Shown piece by piece: positions 24,695-37,440 of a stretch of 64,000 nt of DNA. The position numbers and the translations under genes were made by a program. The first letter of the stretch is position 1. Every line of letters begins with the position of its first letter. The DNA comes from Chiloscyllium plagiosum. Its lineage: Eukaryota. The notes under the pieces were generated by a model. That model did not search any database, was not told the origin of the DNA, and was given only the letters and a program-made list of their open reading frames with translations. The stretch spans positions 62,030,981 to 62,094,980 of the forward strand of contig NC_057718.1 of the NCBI RefSeq assembly GCF_004010195.1. Direction: 5' to 3'.

Positions 24695-25850
24695 CGGCAG
24701 CAATGAGCAAGTTAGACAAAGGAGAGCCAGTGGATGAGACCTATTTGGATTTCCAGAAGGCCTTTGGCAAAGTGTCACACAGCATGCTGCTAAGTAAGAT
24801 ATGAGCCCATGGTATTAGGGACAAGGTGCTAGCATGGATAGAGAACTGGGTGACTGGCAGAATGCAGAAAATGGGGATAAAGGAGTCTTTATTAGAACGT
24901 CAGCTGATAACTTGAGGAGTTTCGCAAAGGGTCAGTTGTGGGACCATAGCTATTCACATTATACATTAATGATCTGGATAAAGGAACTGACTACATTGTT
25001 ACTAGGTTTACAGATAAAACAAAGATAGGTAGAGGGACAGGTAGTGTTGAGGAAGCAGGATGCTGTAGAAGGACTTGGCCAGTTGCAGACTGTCTGGGAG
25101 AGTTGGTAAAGAAGTGGTAGATGTGTCCAGAGGTTTACAAGAATGATTCTAGGAATGAAGAGTTGTCATATGAGGACCAGCTGAGGATTCTAGATTTGTA
25201 CTTGATGGAGTTTAAAAGTATGAAGGGGATCTCATTAAACTTATATAGAATTAATTGATTTATTGTTGTCACATGTACCAAGATACAGTGAAAGTGTTGT
25301 TTTGTGTGTTATTAGGTAGATTGTACCATATACAGTGCATCATGGAAGGAGAATAGAGTGCAAAATACAGTGTTACAGCCTCAGAGAAGATGCAGAGAGA
25401 GCCGTCAGATGAACATTTGAGAGGTTCATACGAAAGTCTGATAACAACAGTTCTTGAATCTATTTGCAACATGTATTCAAATGTTTATATCTTCTGTCTG
25501 ATAGAAGAGGGTGGAAGAGAGAATGGATGTGGAGAAGATGTTCCTCCTGGTAGTAGAGACTATGACCTGAGGGCACAGCCTCAGCATGAAGAGACAACTC
25601 TTTACAACTGAGCTGAGGAGGAATTTCTTCTGCCAGAGGATGGTGACTCTGTGGAATCCATTACCACAGAAGGCTGTAGAGGCCAAGTCATTGAGTGTAG
25701 TTAACACAGAGATAGATAAGTTCTTGATCAGTAAGGAAATTAAGGATTATGGGACATGGCAGGAGAGGTTGTTGAGAAAGATATTAGACATGGCAGACCA
25801 AACTCAATGGACTGAATGGCCACTTCTACTCCTGTGTCTTATTGTCTAAT
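24695..25850 (+). mobile_element. Degenerate CR1 LINE interrupted by a Rex1-type tail fragment (25255-25505, minus)
   Basis: YLDFQKAFGKV and FFCQRMVTLWNPLP motifs. Confidence 0.85.
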
Positions 25851-28055
25851 GGAATATGTAACTGCCAGTGACCTTTTATCCACATGCCTCACAAAATTGA
25901 TTGAAAATAGACATTTCCTTGGTAATTGCAGAAGGCCATACCTTGCATATGGGTTGTTTGGTTGTTCTAAAACTCATGTCTACCAATGAATCTATGCTCA
26001 AGAACTGTAAGCTTCATTGACCTGTGAGGATTACTTCATACCCCAGTCGTCCATTCCTCAGTAGCTCAAGAAAGCTATAAGCCTCCAGTTTATCTTGCAA
26101 ATCCTTCTGGAGAGCTTCCATTATAGGTGATGTGATCACCATCCCAACAATTTGGTTTTCTAATTCCTAATCTGAAAAATCATGGAAAAGCCACTTTTCT
26201 CTGCATCTGCTCATAAAGTGAACCATGGATCCTGTAGGCTTCTATCTAAATGATATGAATTCTAGTCAATGAAAATGCAAGTTTTATCTGACTCTGAGTT
26301 GAGTCTTCTCATACAATCCATATCTTCTGGGGATATTTTAGCTCTGATGTGCTAATGTGGTGCTAATCTGCTGTAGTCCTTTGTTCCCAATTGCTAAGGA
26401 AATGTTAGTGGATTATATTTATTGCAGCAGACATACCCAATTCCAGAAAACAAAGCTCTGAAAACATCTTAAACACTTAAATTCTGTTGGAAGTCTTCTG
26501 ATACACAATTTAAAACAGGAAATTTTGTGGACTTTCTGACAAATTACTTTTGACCTTTCCTTGCTTACTACTGATCCGGCACACAGTCCAATCATGTCTT
26601 TCTCAAGTGAGTTAAACTAGCCTATCAAGCTGTGTTTACAACATTCCTCGATGCTGTAACCAAACAAGACATCTTGAGTTGTCTCATGTTCTTCAGCATA
26701 ATTGAAGTCTGTCAACCGTGTGTTTCCCTTATAGATTAATTGCTTTGTTAACTGTTCAAGCATCATAAAGCTCCCTCTGTGCTATAGACATAAAGTCATG
26801 GAGTCATAGAGTTATACAGATGGAAACAAACCCTTTGTTCCAACTAGTCCATGCCAACCAAGTTTCCCAAACTAAACTAGTCCCACTTGCCTACATTTGG
26901 CCGATATCCCTGTAAACCTTTCCTATTTATGTACCTGTCAAAATATCTTTTAAATGTTGTAACTGTACCTGCACTTACCACTTCCTCTGGCAATTCATTC
27001 CACATACAAACCACCTTCAGGTCCCTTTTAAATTTTTCTCCTCGCTCCTTAAGAATTTGCTCCCGAGTTTGGAACTTCGCCGCTCCAGGGAAAAGACCTT
27101 TGCTATTCATCTTTTCTATGCCCCTCAAAATTTTATAAACCTCTGCAAGGTCACCCCTCAGCATCCTATGCTGTGGTGAAAAAAGTCTCAGATTATCCAG
27201 CCTATCCTAATAACTCAAACATTCCAGTCCTTGCAACAATCTGGTAAATTTTGAACCTTCTCCAATTTAATAATATGCTTCCTATAGCAGAGCAGCCAGA
27301 ACTCTACACTCCAAAAGTGGCCTCACCAATGACCTATACAACCTTAACATGATATCCCAATTCCTGTACTCAATAATCTGAGCAATAAAGGCAAGCATGC
27401 TTAAACACCTTCTTAACCAACCTGTCTATCTACCTGTGACGCAACTTTCAAAGAACAATGTACCGAACCCCTAAGTCTTTCTGTTCAACAACACCCTATC
27501 ATTAACTGATTAGGAATAGTCAACATGGCTTTGTTTGTGGGAAATAACCAAAAATATTCATGAGGGCAGAGTGGTAGACATTGTTTACATAGACTTTAGT
27601 AGAGCCTTTGACAAGATTCCACATGGTACACTAATTAGTAAAATCAGATCACATGCAATTCACTGAGAGATTGCCAACTCGATACAAAATTGGCTTGATG
27701 GTAGTAGACCGAGACTGGTGGTAGGGATGTAATTTGGACTGAAGGTCTGTGACCAGACTGTTCCACAGGGATCATTACAGGGTCCACTTTTGATTGTCAT
27801 TTATGTAAATGATTTGGATGAGAATTTAGGAGGTTAAATAACTGCACAGAGGCTGATATACCGTATATAAGTCCTGCCCTTGTTTGTTTTACCAAAGTGC
27901 AATGCCTTGCAATTATCAAAATTAAACTGCACCTGCCATTCCTCAGACCATTGGCCCAATTGATCAAGATGTCTTTGTAATCTTAGATAACTTCCTTCAC
28001 TGTCCACTATACCACTAATTTTGGTGTCATCCACAAATTTACTTATCAGGTCTCC

Positions 28056-28385
28056 TGTAGTGATTGGATTAAGGATCAGGTGGATCTCATTGAGCATGAG
28101 ACCCTGATTGGGGTTGTTAACCTGGGCTAATTAGGGAGTCCTGGCTGACTGTTACAAACCAGAGATTCAGAGAGAGTCTCCTCATTCTAGGGACTGGCTC
28201 TGAGCTGGCTGGTCAGTCAGAGATCATGTACTGTGCAGACATAAATAAAGGATGACTTAGTGATGGGATACCAGCCTCTGTGCAATTCTTAAAAAAAACA
28301 GGAGATTAAGAGAGTTTCCTCATTCTAGGGACTGACTTTGAGCTGGCTGGTTCAAACTCATACATTGTGCACATGTAAGTAAAGT
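28056..28385 (+). mobile_element. Solo-LTR-like element inserted in CR1, with a partial internal duplication
   Basis: Starts TGTAGTGA and has AATAAA at about 28244. 28155-28250 is repeated at 28296-28385, and the element interrupts the CR1 RT. Confidence 0.5.
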
Positions 28386-29219
28386 AAATATAAATGATGA
28401 AGAGCGGTGGACCCAGCACCGATCCTTATGGCACACCACTGGACACAGGCCACCTGTCCAAAAAGCAACCCTCCACCACTATTCCCTGTCTTCTTCCTTC
28501 CAGTCAGTCCTGTATCCAAATGGCTAGTTCTCTCTGTATTCCATGTGATCTAACCTTGTTAACCAGTCTACCATGAGGAACCTTGTCAAACGGGTTATTG
28601 AAGTCCATATAGATCACATCCACCGTTCTGCCATCATCAATCCTCTTTGTTACTTCTTCAAAACCTTCAATTTAGTGAGACATATTCTCCCACGCACAAA
28701 GCCATGTTGACTATCTCTAATCAGGTCAGGCAGCATCCAAGGAGCAGGAGAATCGACGTTTCGGGCATAAACCCGAAATGAGGAAGGTGTGCCAAGCAGG
28801 CTAAGATAAAAGGTAGGGAGGAGGGATTTGGGGGACGGGCGTTGGGAATGTGATAGGTGGAAGGAGGTTAAGGTGAGGGTGATAGGCCGGAGAGGGGGTG
28901 GTGGCAGAGAGGTCGGGAAGAAGATTGCAAGTCAAGAAGGCTGTGCTGAGACCGAGGGTTGGGACTGAGATAAGGTGGGGGTAGGGGAAATGAGGAAGCT
29001 GGAGAAATCTGCATTCATCCCTTGTGGTTGGAGGGTTCCTAGGTGGAAGATGAGGCGCACTTCCTCCAGGCGTCGTGTTGCCATGGTCTGGCGATGGAGG
29101 AGGCCAAGGACTGCATGTCCTTGGCGGAGTGGGAAGGAGAGTTAAAGTGTTCAGCCACGGAGTGGTTGGGTTGGTTGGTGCAGGTGTCCCAGAGATGTTC
29201 TCTGAAACATTCCACAAGT

Positions 29220-29838
29220 NNNNNNNNNNNNNNNNNNNNNNNNNNNNNNNNNNNNNNNNNNNNNNNNNNNNNNNNNNNNNNNNNNNNNNNNNNNNNNNNN
29301 NNNNNNNNNNNNNNNNNNNNNNNNNNNNNNNNNNNNNNNNNNNNNNNNNNNNNNNNNNNNNNNNNNNNNNNNNNNNNNNNNNNNNNNNNNNNNNNNNNNN
29401 NNNNNNNNNNNNNNNNNNNNNNNNNNNNNNNNNNNNNNNNNNNNNNNNNNNNNNNNNNNNNNNNNNNNNNNNNNNNNNNNNNNNNNNNNNNNNNNNNNNN
29501 NNNNNNNNNNNNNNNNNNNNNNNNNNNNNNNNNNNNNNNNNNNNNNNNNNNNNNNNNNNNNNNNNNNNNNNNNNNNNNNNNNNNNNNNNNNNNNNNNNNN
29601 NNNNNNNNNNNNNNNNNNNNNNNNNNNNNNNNNNNNNNNNNNNNNNNNNNNNNNNNNNNNNNNNNNNNNNNNNNNNNNNNNNNNNNNNNNNNNNNNNNNN
29701 NNNNNNNNNNNNNNNNNNNNNNNNNNNNNNNNNNNNNNNNNNNNNNNNNNNNNNNNNNNNNNNNNNNNNNNNNNNNNNNNNNNNNNNNNNNNNNNNNNNN
29801 NNNNNNNNNNNNNNNNNNNNNNNNNNNNNNNNNNNNNN
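29220..29838. other. Assembly gap
   Basis: Run of N. Confidence 1.
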
Positions 29839-29954
29839 CCTCTCCAGCCTATCACCCTCACCTTAACCTCCTTCCACCTATCACATTCCCAATGCCCCTC
29901 CCCCAAGTCCCTCCTCCCTACCTTTTATCTTAGCCTGCTTGGCACACCCTCCTC

Positions 29955-29990
29955 ATTCCTGAAGAAGGGCTTATGCCCGAAACGTCAATT
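29955..29990 (+). ncRNA. Minimal hammerhead ribozyme motif
   Basis: CUGAAGA-a-GGGC-uuau-GCCC-GAAA-CG-UC. The first stem I pair is mismatched. Confidence 0.7.
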
Positions 29991-31195
29991 CTCCTGCTCT
30001 TGGATGCTGCCTGACCTGCAGCGCTTTTCCAGCAACATATTTTTCAGCTCTGATCTCCAGCATCTGCAGTCATCACTTTCTCCTATCCCTAATCAGTCCT
30101 TGTTTTTCCAAATACATGTAAATCCTTTCTCTCAGACTCCTCCAACAACTTGTCCACCATCGTTGTCAGGCTCATTGGTCTATAGTTTCCTGGTTTTTCC
30201 TTACCATCTTTCTTAAACAGTGGCACCACATTAGCCAACCTCCATTTTCTGGCACTTCTCCTGTGACTATCGATGATACAAATATCTCAGGAAGGGGTCC
30301 AGCAATCACTTCCCAACTTCCAAGTTCTAAGCTACACCTGATCAGGTCCACCTTTAAGCATTTTAAGACATCCAGCACCTCCTCCTCTGTAATATGGATA
30401 TTTTTCAAGATATTACCACCTATTTCCCCACATTCTATATCTTCCATGTCCTTCTCCACAGTAAACACTGATGCAATATATTCATTTAGTATCGTCCCCA
30501 TCTTCTGTGGTTCTACACATAGACTGTCTTGCTGATCTTTGAGGGTCCCTATTCTCTCTCTAGTTAACTTGCTGACTAAATGAATTAAGCAATCCCTTTA
30601 GATTCTCATTAATCCTCTTTGGCAAAGCTATCTCATGTCCCCTTTTCACCTTCCTGATTTCCCTCTTAAGTATACTCCTATTACCTTTATACTCTGCTAA
30701 GGATCTACTCAATCTCTGCTGTCTATAGTTGACATATGCTTCTTTCTTTTTCATAACCAAAACCTCAATTTCTCTCAACATCCAGCATTTTCTCCATCTA
30801 CCAGCCTTGCCTTTCACTCGAGCAGGAATATACTGTATCTGGACTCTTGCTATCTCATTTTTGGAGGCTTCCCATTTTCTAGCCGTCCCTTTAGCTGCAA
30901 ACATCCGCACTCAATCAACCTTTGAAAGTTCTTGCCTAATACCATCAAAATTAGCCTTCCTCTAATTCAGAACTTCATCTCTTAGATTTGATCTATCCTT
31001 TTCCATTATTATTTTAAAACTGATAGAATTATGGTCACTGGCCCGAAAGTGCTCCCCCACTGACACCTGTCCTGCTTATTCCCCAAGAGTAGGTCAAGTT
31101 TTGCACCTTCTCTAGTAGGTACATCCATATACTGAACCAGAAAATTTTCTTGTACGCACTTAACAAATTCCTCTCCATCTAAACCCCTAACACTA

Positions 31196-32034
31196 TGTCT
31201 ATATCCCAGTCTATATCCTTAATCTTGTCTGCCAAGGTTGTCTTATATACCCTTTTTGCACTCCCGATTTCCCTCTTAAGAATGCAGCTACATCCCTTAT
31301 GTTCTTCAAAAGATTCACTTAATCTCAGTTGTCTATACCTAATATATGACTCATATTCATTCTTGACCAGAACCTCATTATCTTCATTCATTCATTGTTC
31401 CATACTGATCAGCCTTATTCTTCATGCTAGCAGGAACAGCAGGAATATAATGCCTCTGAACTTTCATTATCTCAGTTTTGCAAACCTCCCACTTATCTGC
31501 ATACAGTCTGCTTCAATCAACTTTTGAAAGTTTCTGTCTCATACTATCAAAATTTGCCTTCATCCAAATAAGAATTTTAACATCTATACAAGGTCTATCC
31601 TTTTTCATAATTCCATTAGTTTTAAAATAGTTATGAAGACTGGTTTCAAAGTGCTCCTCCACTAACACTTCAGTCTCTTGCCCTACCTTATTTCCCAAGA
31701 GACAGTAAAGTTGTGCTTTTTCTCAGGTAAGTACACCTAGACATTGATAAAGACAAGTTTTTTGAACATATTTAACAAATTCCTCATTATCCACTTTCAC
31801 ACTTTCACAGTCCCAGTCAATATTTGCAAAGTTATAATCCCCTCCTATTACAAACCCATCATTCTTCCATATATCTGATATCTCTCTACATATTTACTCC
31901 TCAATTTCCCTCTGACTATTGGAGGGCCTATAATACAATTCCATCAAGGTGATCATCCCTATCCTATTTCTGAATTGTACCCGCATAGTTTCACTGGACG
32001 ATCCCTCAGAAATATCCTCTTCAAGACAGCAGTA
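31196..32034 (-). mobile_element. Older CR1 endonuclease-region fragment (continues at about 35700-36690 and 37440-37690)
   Basis: Similar to the endonuclease and ORF1 regions of neighbouring CR1 copies. Confidence 0.7.
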
Positions 32035-35000
32035 ATAGAACACAGAACATTACAGCCAGTGCAGGCTCTTCAGCCCTCGATGTTGCACCAACCTGTGAAA
32101 CCAATCTGAAACCCATCTAACTTAAACTATGACATTTTTGTCCATATGTCTATCCAGATACCATTTAAATGCCCTTAAAGTTGGCAAGTCTACTACTATT
32201 GCAGGCAGAACATTCCATGCCCCTGCTACTCTGAATAAAGAAATTATCTCTGACATCTGTCCTCTATCTATCACCCCTCAATGTAAAGCTACGTCCCCTC
32301 AGGCTCACCATCGCCATCCGAGGAAAAAGGCTCTCACTGTCCACCTATCTTATATAAGTCACCTCTCAAACTTCTACTCTCCAAAAAAAACAGCCTCAAG
32401 CCCCTCAGCCTTTCCTTGTAAGACTTTCCCTCCATAACAGGCAACATCAGAGTAATTCTCCTTTGAACCCTTTCCAAAACTTCCACATCCTTCCTATAAT
32501 GTGGTGCAATATACAACTGTATGCAATACTCCAAAGCGGCCACACCAGAGTTTTATACAGCTGCAGCATGATGTCATGGTTCTGAAACTTAATCCCTCTA
32601 TCAACAAAAGCAAACACACCGTATGCCTTCTTAACAGCTCTATCAACATGGGTGGCAACTTTCAGGGATCTATGTACCTGGATACCGAGATCCCTCTGCT
32701 CATCTACCCTACTAAGAAGCTTACCATTAGCCCAGTACTCCACATTCCTGTTGCTCCTTCCAAAGTGAACCACTTCACACTTTTCCACATTAAACTCCAT
32801 TTGCCATCTCTCAGCCCAGTTCTGCAGCTTATCTATGTCCCCCTGTAACCCACAACATCCTTCTGCACTATCCACAACTCTACCAACCTTAGTGTCATCC
32901 GCAAATTTACTAACCCATCCATCTTCGCCCTCATCCAGGTCATTTATAAAAATGACAAATAGCAGTGGACTTAGAACATATCCTTGTGGTACACCACTTG
33001 TAACTAAACTCCAGGATGAACATTTCCATCAACCACTACCCTCTATCTTCTTTCGGCTAGTCAATTTCTGATCCAAACTGTTAAATCACCCTCAATCCCA
33101 TGCCTCCGTATTTTGTGCAAGAGCTTACTATGGGGAACGTTATCAAACACCTTAGTGAAATCCATGTACACCACATCAATCATTTTACCCTCATCTGCCT
33201 GTTTGGTCACTTTCTCAAAGAACTCACTAAGGTTTGTGAGGCACAATCTACCCTTCACAAAACCGTGTTGATTATACCTAATCAACTTATTCCTTTCCAG
33301 ATGACTATAAATCCTATCTCTTATAACCTTTTCCAACACTTTACCCACAACCGAAGTAAGGCTCACTAGTCTATAATTACCAGGGTTGTCTCTACTCCCC
33401 TTCTTGAACAAGGGGACAACATTTGCTATCCTCCAGTCTTCTGGCACTATTCCTGTAGACAATTATGACATAAAGATCAAAGCCAAAGACTTGACAATCT
33501 CCTCCCTGACTTCCCAGAGAATCCTTGGATAAATCCCATCCGGCCCAGGGGACTTATCTATTTTCACACTTTCCAGAATTGCTAACACTGCCTCTTGGTG
33601 AACCACAACCCTGTCTAGTCTAGTAGCCTGTATTTCCTCAACAACATTATCATTTTTTAGAGCGACACTAATGAAAAATATTCATTTAGCATTTTCCCAT
33701 CTTCTCTGACTCCACACGCAACTTCCCATTACTATCCTCGATTGGCCCTAATCTTACTCTAGTCATTCCTTTATTCCTGATATACCAAAAGAAAGCCTTA
33801 GGGTTTTCCTTGATCCTATCCACCAAAACTTCTCATGTCCCCTCCTGACTCTTGTTGGCCTGTCTACATACTGTGTCAGGAAACTCTCCTGCAAACATTG
33901 GACATAAACTGACTTGAACCAGTCGATATTTGGGAAGTTAAAGTCCCCCATAACAACTACCCTGAAGCTATCACTCCTATCCAGAATCATTTTAGCTATC
34001 CTTTCCTCTATATCTCTGGAACTATTCTGAGGTCTATAGAAAACTCCCAACAGGGTGACCTCTCCTTTCCAGTTTCTAACCTCAGTCCATACTACCTCAG
34101 TAGACTAGTCCTCAAACGTCCTTTCTGCAGCCATAATACTGTCTTCAGCTAACAATGCCACATGCCTCTGCCTTTGGCCATCTTCTCTGTTCTTACTGAA
34201 ACATCTAAATACAGGAACCTGCAACAACCACTCCTGACCCTGCTCTACCCATGTCTCCAAAATAGCCACATCGAAATCCTAGGTATCAACACATGCTGCA
34301 AATTTAAGCATTTTATTCCGGATGCTCCTGGCGTTGAAGCAGACACACTTCAAACCAACTTTTTGCTTGCCAGTGCCCTCATGCGACCTTGAAATCTTAC
34401 TTTGGATCTCACAACTCTCAACCTCCTGTATACTTGAACTACAATTTGGGTTCCCATCCCCTTGCTGAATTAGTTTTAACCCACCTAAGAGCATTAGCAA
34501 ATTTCCCCCACAGGATATTGGTACCCCTCTAGTTCAGGTAAAGACCATCCTGTTTGTAGAGGTCCCACCTACCCCAGAATGAGCTCCAATTATCCAGGAA
34601 TCCAAAACTCTCCCTCCTGCACCATCCCTGTAGATACGTGTTTAACTCCTCTCTCTCGCTCTGTCCCTCTCTCTGTATTCCTCGCCTCATTAGCACATGG
34701 CACGAGCAACAAATCACATGTAACAACTCTGTTTGTCCTCGCTCTAAACTTCCACTCTAACTCCCTGAATTTCTGCCTTAAATCCTATCTCTCTTCCTAC
34801 CTATGTAGTTGGTACCTATGTGGACCATGACTTGGGACTGCTCCCCATCAAACATCCCGAAAACACGATCAGAGACATCACGAACCCTGGCACCTGGGGA
34901 GCAACACACCAACCATGAGTCTCTCTCATTCCCACAGACCCTCCTATCTGTCCCCCTAACTATGGAGCCCCCAATGACTAATGCTCTGCTCCTCTTCCCC

Positions 35001-35640
35001 CTTCCATTCTGAGCAACAGGGTTAGACTCTGTGCCAGAAACCTGTGCCCCATTGCTTACCCCTGGTAAGTACCCCACCCCCACAACAGTATCCAAAACTG
35101 TATACTTGTTGTTGAGGGGAACAACCACAGGGAATTCCTGCACTGCCTGCCGGTTCCCTTTCTAATCCCCTGACTGTAACCCATCTACTTTCATTTTGTA
35201 TTTGAGGTGTCACTACCTCTCTGTAACTCTTCTCAATAACCCCCTCCGCCTCCCGAATAATCTGAAGTTCATCCAACTCCAGCTCCAGCTCCTAATGCGG
35301 ATTTCAAGGAGCTGGAGTTGTGTGCACTTCCCACAGATGCAGTCAGCAGGGACCCTTACCTCCCACATTCTGCAGGAGGAACATTCAACTGCCCTAACCT
35401 CCATTCCCATTATTCTAAATTCCCAATGAGATTCCAGAAAAACTCAAAAAAAGAAAAACTTGTCCACTTACCACTCCGGTGCACAGAACCTTTTTTTTGG
35501 TTAGAGGAGGTAGATGGGTAGGAGAGAATACCCATGTAGTGTTTTGGGTATAACAACTACTCAAATATAAAGCCTCACTTACCCAACAGTCCCATAACCA
35601 TTCCTGCTCAGTGTGCACTCCGCCTATACATGAGGTGAGT
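32035..35640 (-). mobile_element. Near full-length but internally deleted CR1 LINE (ORF1 zinc finger and SGNH esterase; ORF2 endonuclease and RT)
   Basis: ORF1 CSSCRMW...CGKC and VIGGSIVR...CSPGARV...VHIGTN; endonuclease GVFYRP...MGDFNFP; RT NYRLVSLTS and YMDFTKVFDNVPH; (TTCTA)-type tail near 32035. Confidence 0.9.
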
Positions 35641-35955
35641 TTATGTACTTTAAATTTACCTTCCCGTTGGGCCTCTGGTCCTTGCTGTCACTCCTCCCAC
35701 TTCAACTGCAGCCAGAAAAAAAGTTGTTTTCCTTAAGCAAAAATGCCACTTTCCCTAGTCTCTAGTTTTTCTTTCTATCCTTCCATTAGCATCTAAACCC
35801 TAGAACATTGAGCTGCCAGTCCTGTCCCTCCCTTAGCCATGTTTCTGTAAAAGCTATGATGTTCCAGTCCCATGTTACTATATATGCTCTGAGCTCAACT
35901 GCTTTAACTGTAAGACCCCTTGCGTTGAAATAAAGTAATTTAATCCTTCAGAATT

Positions 35956-36013
35956 GAAACTTTATTGCTGGAACAGCACAGCAGGTCAGGCAGCATCCAG
36001 GGAACAGGAGCAC
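35956..36013 (-). mobile_element. 58-bp PLE-tail insertion with a 16-bp TSD
   Basis: TTGCTGGAACAGCACAGCAGGTCAGGCAGCATCC, flanked by ttaatccttcagaatt at 35940-35955 and 36014-36029. Confidence 0.8.
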
Positions 36014-36694
36014 TTAATCCTTCAGAATTACCTCGTTCTCTGACTTGCTCTTGCCCGCCTTTTCTAATTAATTTGCTTTTTTTAAATTCAGAACCGTCCT
36101 CATCTGTCCTTCTATTCTCACTACTTTATAGGATGCCCTCAACCCCCCCTCCCTACAAGTTTAAAGGGTCCCAAATAGCACTAGTAAATATCCCTGCCAG
36201 GACATTGATCCTCCTCCAGTTCAGGTGAAACCCACCTTTTTTGAATGGGTTTTTCCTGCTTGAGAAGAGATCTCAAATGATCCAATAATCTGAGTACTTG
36301 CCCATTGCACCATCTCCTCAGCTAGTGATTTATTCACCCTATTGTCTTATTCCTACTCTCACGAGCATGAGGTACCAGGAGTAATCCAGACTTTACTACC
36401 TTTGAGGTTCTGATTTTAATCACCTAACCTCCTGTATTCACTCTTCAAAGCCTCAACCCTTTCCCTAAATATATCGTTGTTACCAACATGTACAACTATT
36501 TCCAGCATTTTACTCTCCCTTTTGACAATATGCTGCAACCATTTTCAGATGTCCTTGACCTTGGCACTAGGGAGGCAACATACCATCCTGAATTTATGCT
36601 CATGGCTGCAGAATCTCTGATGTGTGCCCCTGACAGCAGAGTCCCTAAAACAATTATTTTTTCAATCTTGACAAAGTCCACTTAGCGTAAGATT

Positions 36695-37440
36695 CGTGCT
36701 GGGCCCTGTACTTTTTGTCATTTATATAAATGATTTGGATGCGAGCATAAGAGGTACAGTTAGTAAGTTTGCAGATGACACCAAGATTGGAGGTGTAGTG
36801 GACAGTGAAGAGGGTTACCTCAGATTACAACAGGATCTAGACCAGATGGGCCAATGGGCTGAGAAGTGACAGATGGAGTTTAATTTAGATAAATGGGAAT
36901 ATTGCATGCAATTCTGGTCTCCTTCCTATCGGAAAGATGTTGTGAAACTTGAAAGGGTTCAGAAAAGATTTACAAGGATGTTGCCAGGGTTGGAGGATCT
37001 GAGCTACAGGGAGAGGCTGAACAGGCTGTGGGCTGTTTTCCCTGGAGCGTCGGAGGCTGAGGGGTGACCTTATAGAGGTTTGCAAAATTATGAGGGACAT
37101 GGATAGATTAAATAGACAAAGTCTTTTCCCTGGGGTGGGGAATCCAGAACTAGAGAGCATAGGTTTAGGGTGAGAGGGGAATGATATAAAAGAGACCTAA
37201 GGGATAACTTTTTCACACAGAGGGTAGTACGTATATGGAATGAGCTGCCAGAGGATGTGATGGAGGCTGGTACAATTGCATCATTTAAGAGGCATTTGGA
37301 TGGGTAAATGAATAGAAAGGGTTTGGAGGGATATGGGCCAGGTGCAGGTAGGTGGGACTAGATTGGGTTGGGATATCTAGTCGGCATGGACAGGTTGACC
37401 GTAGGGTCTGTTTCCATGCTGTACATCTCTGTGACTCTAT
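36695..37440 (+). mobile_element. CR1 3' fragment with an internal deletion
   Basis: KFADDTK, then MEFNLDK joined directly to EYCMQFWSP, then the tail. Confidence 0.9.

Larger units (their letters stand above)
22590..26760 (-). mobile_element. Degenerate Ty3/Gypsy internal region (gag, protease, integrase remnants) interrupted by younger repeats
   Basis: gag-like MSRCREK...ELENQIVGMVITSPIMEALQKDL (about 26100-26220), protease-like KVDTDA (about 24108-24125), and integrase zinc-finger-like LEKLHT...INANCDA (about 23070-23180). RT is not seen. Confidence 0.55.
28725..30082. mobile_element. PLE with inverted terminal repeats spanning a gap
   Basis: The left arm (minus) ends in the GIY-YIG C-terminus. 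The right arm 29839-30020 is its reverse complement plus a tail. TSD ctatc(t/c)ctaatcag at 28711-28724 and 30083-30096. Confidence 0.9.
26795..31195 (-). mobile_element. CR1 LINE(s) with an oppositely oriented segment (27510-27833, plus) and nested insertions
   Basis: Minus-strand RT and endonuclease-linker ORF fragments, plus a plus-strand YIDFSRAFDKIPH segment. Confidence 0.85.

Noticed and set aside
29043..29933. Long ORFs at 29043-29933, 48279-48719, 56846-57956 and 59474-60398
   Set aside because: Their length comes from translating N runs.
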